In this document: positions 53,101 through 64,000 of the stretch, in pieces
How positions within the stretch are numbered: the first letter of the stretch is position 1
Layout: every line of letters starts with the position of its first letter
Assembly: GCA_002189035.1 (NCBI GenBank)
Contig: NEEC01000004.1
Coordinates: 1,426,001 to 1,490,000 of the forward strand
Reading direction: 5' to 3'
Origin: Utricularia gibba
Taxonomy: Eukaryota; Plantae; Magnoliophyta
Length of the DNA stretch: 64,000 nucleotides
Notes under the pieces: model-generated
What the model was told of the DNA's origin: nothing
Database searches by the model: none
What the model saw: only the letters and a program-made list of their open reading frames with translations
Program-made: the position numbers and the translations under genes

Positions 53101-54032
53101 CCCCAAATCCTACATTGGATCTTGCATCGACTCTTGAAATCGGCTCTGCCGGGCACCATTTTTCCAAGGAAAATTCTGCAGCTCATGGGGCTTCAGAATC
53201 TGTAATGACAATTGCCTTTCAGTTTGCGTTCCAGTTCCATCTTCAAGATACTGTGGCAACCATGGCAAGGCAGTACATCCGGAGCATCATTTCCTCTGTG
53301 CAGAGGGTCGCAACGGCACTCTCACCTTCCAACTCATGTGCACGAGCTGGCCTGCGTGCATCTCCCGGAACACTCGAAGCGGAGGCTCTTGGCCAATGGA
53401 TTTGCCAGAGCTACAGGTATGCGCCATAACACGACATGAAAAAGGAGGGCGAAAGCGAAATCATTCACTATTCTTGTGCAGATTCTACCTGGGTACGGAG
53501 ATGCTGAAACCTCAGAAGGAAGGAAATGGTTCCATTTTCAAAGCACTATGGCAGCATTCTGATGCAGTGATGTGTTGCTCGTTGAAGGTGAATCGCTGGG
53601 TATAAAAAAAAAGGATCCTTCAGCACCTTTTCTAACGAATGCCCAACTTCTTTCTCACCGCAGGCATCCCCTGTCTTCATGTTTGCAAATCAAGCCGGGC
53701 TGGACATGTTGGAGACGAGCTTGGTGGCACTTCAGGACACCAGGCTGGATGAGGTCTTCAATGACAACGGAAGAAAAACACTACTAGCAGAGCTCCCACA
53801 GATCATGCAGCAGGTAGGATCTCAACCATCTACAGCTCACTCAATGTCAAAGCTCTTTACCTGCTCAATGTCTGGTACTGTACAGGGATTCGGGTACCTA
53901 GAAGGTGGGTTTTGCCTGTCGAGCATGAGCCGGCTCGTTTCATACGAGAAAGCGGTGGCCTGGAATGTACTGAACCAAGAAGAGAAGGTCCACTGCCTCT
54001 GCATCATGCTCATAAACTGGTCCTTCGTCTGA
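50163..54032 (+). CDS. ATHB8/ATHB15: Class III HD-ZIP transcription factor, ATHB8/ATHB15 clade (one apparent 1-bp deletion at 51289-51292)
   Basis: Homeodomain GKYVRYTPEQVEALERLYHDCPKP...KVWFQNRRCREKQRKE, leucine zipper, START domain (EWVQMPGMKPGPDSIG, RAEMLPSGYLIRPC) and MEKHLA C-terminus ending NWSFV*. Confidence 0.95.
50950..51041 (+). promoter_or_regulatory. miR165/166 target site split by an intron
   Basis: CTGGGATGAAG (50950-50960) joined to CCTGGTCCGG (51032-51041) after splicing gives the canonical HD-ZIP III miR165/166 site. Confidence 0.92.
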
Positions 54033-55229
54033 TGAACTATCATGTAGCAGCAGCTTCCCTGCTCTCTGTTGAATCTTGGAAAACGCATAGGAAGTGTCCA
54101 TGAGCATCATCTCAATCCAAAAAAGCCGATGCTCAAAACCCCATTTCGGCCGGAGAGCACGAACAATAGAACTCAGTCAGTCATCTTCCAAATCCCCGGC
54201 CTTCTCTGGGATGAACCAACAAGTAGGAAGCACCATGGGCGTCTCTTGAACCCATTGGGCCTTAACTGTACCCATTTTTCTTATTCCTTCCGTACACCCA
54301 ACTCCCAGCTCAAATTGAAAATGCAACAACCACCCCGCATTTTCGCCGCGTATGCAACCTTTGCCAGTCTTAGAAACCCTAATAATTGTGTGTGGGGACG
54401 ATGGGATGAGATGGGGCACTTGGGCGCGTGGACTCACGTATTTATCTTTATAATATTAAGATTAAAAAAATTAATATAAAATATCTGTATTAAAAAGTAC
54501 AATACATTTCACCCCAAAAATAGGCCGGTGGGTGGGTGGGCCGGCGTCCTCATCCTTATCCACTGCCGGCATGTACAGTCACGTGCCACGTTGGCATCCG
54601 TACCACTCCCACCGCAGCAACAAGAATCTTGTTTTAACCTCAGGTAGGAGACTAATAATGTTTGTAAAATGTCTCGGAACATGTGGAAAAATCAATTCAA
54701 AATTGATTTTATTAGAATTGATATATATTTTTTAAAATATTTGATGTACATTTGGAATACATAGATTTTACGAACTTTCAAACTTTGCTTAAATGTTAAT
54801 CGAGATACATTCGGATGATTTAGAAATTAGATTATATTATTTATACATATATATATGAATAATAATATTATTGATTTTTTATATGAGTGTGTGACAAGAA
54901 AATAAGTATTTTCAAATGATTTAAAAAGAAAAATGTATTTAATAAATAGAGGATATTTATTGAGATTTATTGACAGCGTGCGTTAGCAGTAAGTTCCGAT
55001 ACGGTTTCCAGTACTCTGATTGGCTGCCCCTAGATATTCAGCAACTAACCACGGTCAGGTCGCGTCTTGACCGTGGTTACTCCCAAACCGGTGTTCTTTA
55101 TATAGGGTACGGTCCTAGCATGCATTTTCGCCATTGCCATACGCACTGTCACAGTTACGCTTAGACTGGATAGGGTACGGAGTAGAGTCGACGAAGTAAG
55201 GAGGCTGGATCTGAGTTTTCTGGATCTTG

Positions 55230-55934
55230 ATGATGATGATGATCGGTGATTATGGATGGGCGCAGCGGGATCTCCGCTTCGCGGTGGGGTGCGAGGGAAT
55301 CGAAGATGAGTTTGATGTTCCGGTGGACGCTTTTTCCTGCGACAGTTTCCGAATGTTTGAGTTCAAGGTGAAGCGATGCCGCCGCGCTAGGGCACACGAT
55401 TGGACGGATTGTCCCTACGCGCATCCCGGGGAGAAGGCTCGGCGTCGGGATCCGCGGTTCTACGCCTACACCGGTAGCGCGTGCCCCGATTTCCGGAGAG
55501 GCGGGTGCCCTAGAGGCGACGATTGTGAGTATGCGCACGGCGTATTCGAGTGCTGGCTACATCCTTCTCGCTATCGCACGCAGCTCTGCAAGGACGGTAC
55601 TCACTGCCGCCGCCGCGTGTGCTTTTTCGCGCACACGCCAGAACAGCTCCGCCGCCACATACCCGAAGCGTATGCTGTCCATATTCCGTCTTCCCCAGCG
55701 TACTCGTCGCCGTCGTCCCCTACCGAATCCGCATCTCCGGATCTGCAGTTCATCTGTCCATTTCCTTTTCAGTTTCGCTTCGGATCCCCGATCCAAACAC
55801 AAATCTCGGCGCATTTCACGCCATTCGAAGAAGAAGATGATCTGATGGTGGAGAGAGTGGAATCAGGAAAAGCACTACGGGAGAAACTCTACGCCAAACT
55901 AGTGGAGGAAAATTCGCTAAGCCGGGCGGTCTAA
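55230..55934 (+). CDS. Plant RR-type tandem CCCH zinc-finger protein (TZF), intronless
   Basis: [11 protein letters not shown]...[21 protein letters not shown]-x8-C-x5-C-x3-[26 protein letters not shown] and a C-terminal [10 protein letters not shown] motif; the ORF opens with ATG x4. Confidence 0.95.
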   Translation: MMMMIGDYGWAQRDLRFAVGCEGIEDEFDVPVDAFSCDSFRMFEFKVKRCRRARAHDWTDCPYAHPGEKARRRDPRFYAYTGSACPDFRRGGCPRGDDCEYAHGVFECWLHPSRYRTQLCKDGTHCRRRVCFFAHTPEQLRRHIPEAYAVHIPSSPAYSSPSSPTESASPDLQFICPFPFQFRFGSPIQTQISAHFTPFEEEDDLMVERVESGKALREKLYAKLVEENSLSRAV

Positions 55935-56227
55935 TTCGGATTGGATCAAGCGAAACTCCAATTTTCCTTCTGTGAATATATTGTAATTACACACATCCCC
56001 TTCACTGGGTGTGACAAAAGAGACGTGCGCAATTTGTTGGTAAATCATATTTAAGAAAATAAAAATTAATTTCTGACAAGCGAACCCGGTTTTCAGAATT
56101 ATAAGCACGAGTTTCAAATGACGATGCAAAACAAGGAGAAATTGCACCAAAAACAACAGTTACAACTTACAAGGCGTGAGGAAAGAGATACGATGCAGGG
56201 ACAAAACAGGGAAGAAAAAAAAGGATA

Positions 56228-59159
56228 TCAGATCGAGTCGTTCTGCTTCCTTTCTTCTTGAATAGATCTGAAGATCCTTGCAGCTGACTCGGAAGCAGAG
56301 ACAGAGTTATGGGGAACTACCTTTATAGGCCGCCGGGGACGGGCGGAGCTCTCGGAGTCCGGTAACGTGGCGTTGGCGGAAGAATAGGCAGAGAAAAACG
56401 GGAACATGCCTCTCGGCCCCGTTGCACTGCTTCCCCTGCTACTCCTCACCGCCTCACTTGGGCTGCTGGCTGTGCTGGCCAGGACTTCGGCATCCTCCGA
56501 ATGCCGTGCCTTGGGTGCCTCGCCGGCAGCTTTGGAGTCTTCGGCAGGTACATAGCTCGGCGGGTTCCTTTGATCCTTGGGTGGGTTGGCGGAAGGAGCA
56601 GTATTCATAACAGGCATGCCATAAGCCGGGAAGTAGCCGTACGGTCCCATGGGAGGGAACGGCACTGGGCATTGAGGTAGCGCAGGAACTCCGCACACCG
56701 GAGGCATGAAGTTGCCGGCGTTTGGATTCGACCCCCCGGAACCGCAGCCGCCGCACCCATGGCCTGGGAAGCATGGCCCCGGATACGGCTTGTATACTAA
56801 TCCTTCAGAGGGAGACATCACAGGAACCAGGAACTGGTGGCCTGACAGTTGATTGAAGTATAGTGGGTTGCCGCAGTTGTTGCCGGTGCTGGTGGTGGTT
56901 GGCCCGGAGGGGTTCCAGTGGGCGGTTTGCATTTAGAGAGCTGGACGCTGTTTTCCGAAGCAGAGACGGCATCAGCTTTCTCGAAAGCATTTCCTGCAGT
57001 GGCTTCCTTACAGCTAGACGGCAGCTCCACTGCTGCACTTTGTTTGGAAACATTTGAAGTTGTTTCGAAGGGGGAAACTGAGGGAGGTTTCTTCTTAGGC
57101 AAGGACTTCGCAGCTTTACTCAGTAGAGCAGTTGCTTCCTCAGACAGGAGGTGGGATGATGCAGCAACTAGCTTCTGGACCTGAATCGACAGCACGAGCA
57201 GGATACAGTGAAACTAAACTGTCTGCAAGCCCACCAAAGCTAAGGGAATCATGAACTACAAAGAATCCAGGCTTTACCTTGACCAATTTGTGCAGCTCAA
57301 ATAGTTGAATCGCGAAAATTCTTTGTTGGCTGCAGAGAAAAATCAAAGGCCACACTGTTAAACTGGGATGGCACTAGGAGAGTGTAAGACACAAAGCACA
57401 GACACCATTCCAAGGATAATATCAAAACAGGATTCTTTTTTTTAATCACAGAGTAGAAATTTTCATTTATTTGGCTGCAGCTGTGAAGACGTTCTTCAAG
57501 GATGCTTGGATGAAGCCATGATTAAGAACAGTAAACTTACCAACGCAGAGACTCACTCAACGGAAAAAATTTTCCATCCCCCTCAGCATCATGAAGACAA
57601 TAGGAACTACTCACCTTCAGTCAAATGTGTATACTCTCAGATGAACCAACCATGCAAAACATATGGACATGCGCAGCTGAGATACACCAAGGGTGGTGGA
57701 AGACAATATTCCCTCACTGTCAGATATTATTAGACTCTGCACCAGTAAACCCACCCGCCATTTAATCAATCATAAAACACATACACTAATCTAAATATCC
57801 TATACTTCAAATGAAATCCTCCACCACGTCGATGTATCCAATCCAGTATGGTAAGAAGGGTCTCCCATATCAGTAATCGGGATAATCATTTGTCATTATT
57901 AGTGCATAGCAAGGACGATCCAACTTAAAAGGTAGCCTAGACACAGAGGAAACTACAGTATTGCATTTGTAAGATCTTTACCGTAAAGGAGTGATATTAC
58001 TTCGAAAGTATCCCCAGAAAGTGGGATAAATTCAAAAACAATCAACAATAAAAAAAAACGCGAGGCAAAATTTACTTACTCGGCAATTGTCCTTCTGGCT
58101 TTCCAGAAACGTTTCTGACCAATGAGACTAGCAACATCATCAGGTGTTATACTCTCCACGCTGGACTCGGTTTCCAAAACAGAGGTCTCAGAAATGCAAT
58201 CATCCTTCTCAAGGTTCCTCGTCTGAAATGACTTACAAGACACATCTTCCGGACAACCCGTATTGTTACTAGAATGATGGGTATAATTCTGATTCTCCGG
58301 AGGAAAATCATTCTTAGAGTTTGACGATGATTTCCTTTTTCCCAGTGTAGCAACATTATCCAGACATACTGTACTGTTGTCCCCGTGACTAGTAGTCACT
58401 GAATTTTCACCAGGTTCGTTACGCATGAACGGACCTGCTTGTGCTTTCAGACACCAATTCTTAGAAATGGGTGATGAGTTCGACGTATCATCTGTGCATT
58501 CATCAGCAGAAACTTTTGCGGCCTGTCTTCTCTTATTTTCACGGTTAGAGGTTGAATCCCTGTCACACTCGTTGCTACGACTTTTATCCAAACCTTTACT
58601 CGGCGAAGAGTGGGTGAATATAGGGACCCTATAATCATCCTCAACCTGCTTCTTTCGCTGCTCAATTCGTGCCAATGAAGAATCAGAAGATAAGCAGCAC
58701 TGGTTCTCATAGTGATGTCTTGAAGTAGCCTGACGGAGGAAAACCAAAATGGCCAAATCATATCCATGTTTAAGGAAAATAGACACAAACACACTAGAAC
58801 TCACTAGTTGCGGTAGTACTGAAGCAAAACATATTATATACATATTCTGCACAGTCCACAAGTTCGCCTCTTCAAAACATATCAAGCACGCAACTTCCAC
58901 ACAAAAAAAAAAAAAAATAATCAAAACAATATGATCCTGTTAAGTTCACCTGGCTTGATTTTGCTGCTAAGTTTGTGGCAGGGCTGCTAGGAGGCTTCGT
59001 TCGAATATGACTGTGAAATCTCTGAGAAGGAATGCTGAGTTGTTCATAGAGAGCCATCTTATTTCTTGGTGGTGCCCTTGGACCTCCCTTAAACGCATCA
59101 TTCACATGAAGCCTAGGAAACATTGGTTCCATCATCTTTTCATCTCTCCCTCGCTTCAT
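56228..59159 (-). CDS. ELF3: EARLY FLOWERING 3 (4 exons, about 621 aa; one apparent 1-bp deletion in exon 4)
   Basis: [115 protein letters not shown]. Exons 59159-58950, 58729-58080, 57329-57278 and 57180-56228; exon 4 is 953 nt, one short of frame. Confidence 0.95.
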
Positions 59160-60949
59160 CTCCAAATCGCCTAATTAAACACTAGCCTGAAAGAAAACAT
59201 CACACTTTTGTCAATAATTTGAGAAACATCTATAAATCGAGGAAACAGCTCCAAATCTTTCTATTCCTAACCCTAATCATCAAATAACCCGGCAGAACAA
59301 AAAGATGAGCCAACACCCACCTGAACTTTCAATCCTGGATCACAAATCCACAACCCCCGTAACCATAAAATCACTGAAACAATCAGACAAAAATATCACA
59401 GACGAACCAAACAAAAATCTGGGACTGGGGATCCGACGGTGGAAGAAGATTTAAGGATAGGGATGTGGTTAACAAGAGGCTGGAAATCGAACAAGTGCGA
59501 GAGAGCATAAGCCTTCCTTGAGTGCCGTGGGCCAGAGTTTTGGATAGAAGCGAACCTTTTTGCTGCTCTGCCTGGGACCGTCAACTGCTTTCCCCCGGCA
59601 CACCGTATAACATTACCACTGCCTTCTCCTCTGGTTTTTCATACAAAAGTATCTTTTAAAATCATTTGATTGATTGACATTTTTTAATTAACAAATCCAG
59701 CATTTTTAAATTATTTTCTATAATTTAAATCACGAGTATATTTTTTTTTTTTATCCATTGCACGTTAACTATTTTTAATTTAAGATACTATAATATCAAC
59801 CTACTTAAATTTTAAGTGATTATTAATTAAAAATATTTTTGATATAAATATTATAACAAAAATTAGAAATAAAGTATGCCTTAATGTGACAAACTCGAAT
59901 TTCATCCATTGAAACTGGTTTCAAAATCGAACTCATAAAGAATCAATTTAATTTAAAAATCAAACTTTAAAATCGCAAATAATATTATTTTCACACAAAC
60001 TGTCATTAACGTGGATAATTATGAATTTTTGTAAAAATTATTTAGAAAAATCAAGTAGATGTTCAAAACCGTTGACTTTAGCCCTCTTCATCTGGATGAA
60101 TCCAAAAATTCAACCACCTCAATAGATGCAATTAGCTTGAATTTACTTGTAAATATAAAACCAATAAAATTCAAAATATTTTTTTACTATAGGGTATTCC
60201 ACGATATAAATACTTAAAGTTTTTCAAATTGGCACAATTAATCTCCAATATTTAATAAAAATGTTATAAGTAGTACTCCATATACATATTTATCCACAAT
60301 GTTTAACGTACCAAACATATTTAATTCATATTTTTTTTGTAATTTAATCATTTTCTATATCCACTATTTAAATAACATTTATAATTGATTCTCAATATTA
60401 AGAAATTGAATATAATTGATCTTAATTGTTTAATAATTTGGCAAAATTGATCCCCATTTTCTCCAGCAATCGTACGGAGAAAAAATTGTGGTTGTGGTGG
60501 TCAGTGGCGGTCGAAGGTCAGTCGAAAATAGTAAAATTAAATAGAAAAAAATCAGGTTTTTAAATTGGTACTTGATTTTGCTAGTAGTATAAATAGTGGT
60601 GACTATTTTTGTTCGATTTTAAAATAGTTGGGACTATTTGTGCCTGATATTAAAATAATGGAGACTAATTATAAATGGTTTTGAAATAATGAGGATTAAA
60701 ACAATATTTTGAGGTACAAATTATGCTATTTAGGTAAATATTAGAAATCATTGGCGTAATCTAAAATTATAAAATATATTTTATCTTAAACTATATTGTC
60801 AAAATCTTAAATTATCTATCATGATCGAAATACTTTGAATATTATATAATAAAAATCATTAAAAACGGTAACAAGGATTTCAAAACACACAAGTTAGAAT
60901 ATTCCAAAAATACGAAATTTGATAAATAACGCCCCCACCCCCGGTTTGT

Positions 60950-61031
60950 TGAAATATCTCCAATTCAAATATCTCACGTCTGTATGAAATATCTCCAATT
61001 CAAATATCTCACGTGTGTATGAAATATCTCC
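60950..61031. repeat. 35-bp tandem repeat (2.3 copies) containing five AAATATCT cores and ACGT/G-box
   Basis: Unit TGAAATATCTCCAATTCAAATATCTCACGT(C/G)TGTA at 60950 and 60985, partial at 61020; CACGTG at 61010-61015. Confidence 0.9.
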
Positions 61032-61749
61032 GTCTCTCTTCATTCTTAAAAAAAGTCCTTGAGATATTTTGATTATTCTCTAATTTTTATAATTTAAAAG
61101 CATCGGATATATAAGAAACAAATAAATAAATCAAAATATAAATGTTTGTATTTTGCATTTATTTTAGAAATATGAAGTGGAGAAAATTAAATATTGAAAA
61201 TTGGGGCATGTCGCCGGGATAGGCTGGCGAGTATACTGAGGGATGATTTTGTTAAGGCGGCGGCTTGCAATTCGAACCAGTTGCTTCTCAACGCTGCGCG
61301 AGGATTGTTAAGCCATCTGCTATTGTACGGTTTGTTAGATTCTCCTGGTTGAATTCTCTATTGTCGGCCGCGGTTACTTTGTGGGTTTTTCTTCGTTTTT
61401 TTTTGGAAACCGGAATGTTTCAAATCTGGGGAGGTGTGATTGTGTAATGAGGGATGATTTTGGTGTATTAGTGCTTTGGTTTTGTTATCACGTAGCTTTC
61501 TATCAAGTTGTTGAATTGCACGTGAAGTGGGTCATATTGATGGGTTGGAGTAATGCCTACCACCTGTTCGATGTTTTGTCTATTTGAAATTCATAGTTTC
61601 TTTTTCAAATATGATGAAACTTTAGTAAGCCATTCACATGTCATTTCTCTTGCACGACTCATTGCGAAATTGCCTTACTGAAAACGCGGTTTTCTCTCAG
61701 TCAGCACATGAACAACATTGAAATTAGGGGTCTCGGATAGGTTCCTCAC

Positions 61750-62642
61750 ATGGCAGCATCAAATTCATTATGGCGTTTAGCAAGAAATGCTGTCACCACT
61801 GCTCTAGTCTGCACTACCATATCCGATCGTTATGCTAGTGTTATGGCGGTTCGTGGTTCATCTATGTCCCCAACTCTGAATGCCAGTAGCAGCTCCACTG
61901 GATTTGCCATGGGTAAGTTCTTTACCTGCGCCACTGGTCACTCAACTTTACAGCGGTCCAACATTAACTTATTTGGTTTCAGATGATTATGTACTCGTTG
62001 AAAAACTTTGCCTCGAGAAATACAAGTTCGCACTGGGAGATGTTGTGGCTTTTCGGTAGGTTTTTTTTTACTCCGTGGATCTCCTATTGCCTTGTGATGA
62101 AATAATAAGTATGCTGCTCTGTGCTCTTTTTCTAATATTTGGTGTAATGGACATTTGGGTACCCATGTTACTGAATTCTCGAATGAGGGAATGTAGAACA
62201 AACACTTGTTGATGTTAAACAGAATTCTTTGGAGGGGTTTCTCCAAAGTTGAAACTATCAGCAAATGAGATGGTTGAGTTGTGTTCACTTTTTCATGCAG
62301 TTCGCCAACAAATTCAAAACAAAAACATGTGAAGAGAATTGTTGCGTTGCCAGGTGACAGGATTCATCTCTCATCCTTCGATACCATAAGGGTCCCTGAA
62401 GGGCATTGCTGGGTAGTTGGAGATAATGCAGCCTGTAGTAACGATTCAAGATCATATGGCCCGGTATGTTCAATCATGATAACCGCGTTGGCTGCTGCAT
62501 GATGAATTAATTCTTTGCATGTCGTTTCTGGGATTTGCAGATACCACTGGGTTTGATATGCGGCCGAGTTACCCATGTCGTGTGGCCGCCTCAAAGAATA
62601 GGCCGAGTTGGTGGTAGAAACAACACTTTGCCGCAAGGTTAA
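61750..62642 (+). CDS. IMP2: Mitochondrial inner membrane protease subunit 2 (peptidase S26), 4 exons
   Basis: VRGSSMSPTLN (catalytic Ser), DYVLVEK, HVKRIVALPGD (catalytic Lys), VPEGHCWVVGDN..SNDSRSYGPIPLGLI.GRVTHVVWPPQRI. Confidence 0.93.
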
Positions 62643-62833
62643 ATTTGGGGTTCAAAGAACATCATTATATCCTGAAGAACAGCACCGTTTCTTTCAAAGC
62701 TTATTCGTTTACTGTCTCTTATTACCAGAAGGTGCTGAAAACATTATTGTATGTTGCAACTTCATCTCACAGTTTACAGGAATGAAGATTAGAATTTAGA
62801 ACCCTTGGCCATCATCATCACTACATGAAATTC

Positions 62834-64000
62834 CTAGATAGCCCTCGGTAAGATAAGCCAATCCCTCAAGCACAAGACATCTGGTGTCGTCCTCAAGACT
62901 GCTTCCTCTGCATTGAAAGCAGCATCACCAGAGGCTAATATATCCATCCGAGATGCAGATATCTTTGGCAATGTTAGAATATGGAATTCTTCATCATCAT
63001 CATCATCATGGCCATCCAAATGAGGAAGTGCATGATAATGTTCAGTCTGATGAAGCACAGGGTATGCGGAAGATGAGTGCTTCTGGTTGCGAAGAAGAAT
63101 CCATACATGTGCAAGAGCTCGGGGACGATGAGAAATAGGTGATTTCTCCAGCGCTACCGCAGATGCTTTTGACACCAATCATAAATCTGGAATCAGTGAG
63201 ACCACCGCAGAAATTGCCAGAAAATTTCTCAAACCACCTTCCCTGATGCCAGGATCCAAAAGGTTCGCAACAAGATAGAAACACACAGGGAGCTCCTTGA
63301 AACATGTAAAAAACCTTCTCAAACCTTGTCTCAACACAAGCACCAAACGCTTCATCGGAAGAGAATCTCTTGAAAACGAAGGTGGTTTCAACTAAAGCAT
63401 GAAGAGCATTATGCGCAGTGAGGGAGTTAACTCGGTCAAGTTACTTGGTTAATGGTTGAAGCATGCTCAAATGTCAACAAGAGCAGCAAGTTTATCAACA
63501 TCAGAATGGTGTGTTCTTGTAGGAGAGTTCTCAACTGTTTCTGAATATCGAATCACGACATCCTTAAAACGGATTAAAGCTTGTAAGTTGAATTCTATTT
63601 TGGGAGTCCTCGAGCTTAAAACAATTGAAACGAATGCGAGATATTTGACTTCTCAGTCTCCACAAAACAGAGAAAAACATGAACTTGTGTGATCAAGGAG
63701 CTAAGTAGACTGAAAGCATCTTCCACACACGAACGCTGACACTTCGATGGAAGGTTCCTACTGATTTGCAATGATGCCCTGAGCTAAAACAAAAGATGGA
63801 AATTCCTTCTGATTTGCAAGATGATGATGTTTTCTATTTGGTCACTAGATATGGATTTCAACATTGTAATAAATGTTCCCTTCAGTTTTCCAACGGGTGG
63901 AATGCCATAACAAGCACTTTTGATATTGAAGGGATGTTCCTCGTCCCTTCTGAAGTAGAGCAGATGAAGCAATTCTACTGTACAGGTTTGTGCTTCTCTG
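62834..64000 (-). pseudogene. hAT-family transposase relic (3' part; continues beyond the window)
   Basis: Across stops and frameshifts: LQALIRFKDVV, TAHNALHAL, ELPVCFYLVANLLDP, DDDDDEEFHIL, MDILASGDAAFNA and CLRDWL. These follow the order of hAT catalytic and hATC dimerisation motifs. No TIR identified. Confidence 0.65.

Overview
Nuclear DNA of a compact, gene-dense flowering plant (eudicot-like): short introns and very AT-rich intergenic spacers. All family assignments are by-eye motif recognition, not database hits. Host genes in order: UDP-GlcNAc pyrophosphorylase (+), NAL1-like trypsin-family protease (+), MIR167 (+), RNase H2 subunit C (-), PPD5 (+), syntaxin SYP32 (-), RPL11 (-), a secreted His/Pro-rich PELPK-like repeat protein (-), IRX9L-like GT43 (+), JINGUBANG-like WD40 (+), exostosin GT47 (+), TINY-like ERF (+), YebC/TACO1-like (-), class III HD-ZIP (+), tandem CCCH zinc finger (+), ELF3 (-), mitochondrial IMP2 (+), and a hAT transposase relic (-) running off the right edge. 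The standout is a 6,563-bp PIF/Harbinger transposon (39369-45931; 23-bp TIRs, TAA target-site duplication). It has the usual Myb/SANT ORF1 (disrupted) and DDE transposase (open). Between them it carries a third, spliced, chimeric gene: a gypsy-type 'Transposase_28'-like domain fused to an FCP1/NIF-like HAD phosphatase domain. This cargo is flanked by ~172-bp hairpin-forming repeats, and a CGCGGTGYT motif recurs in the element's non-coding parts. Several conserved genes show single-base deletions in G/C runs, most likely assembly errors.
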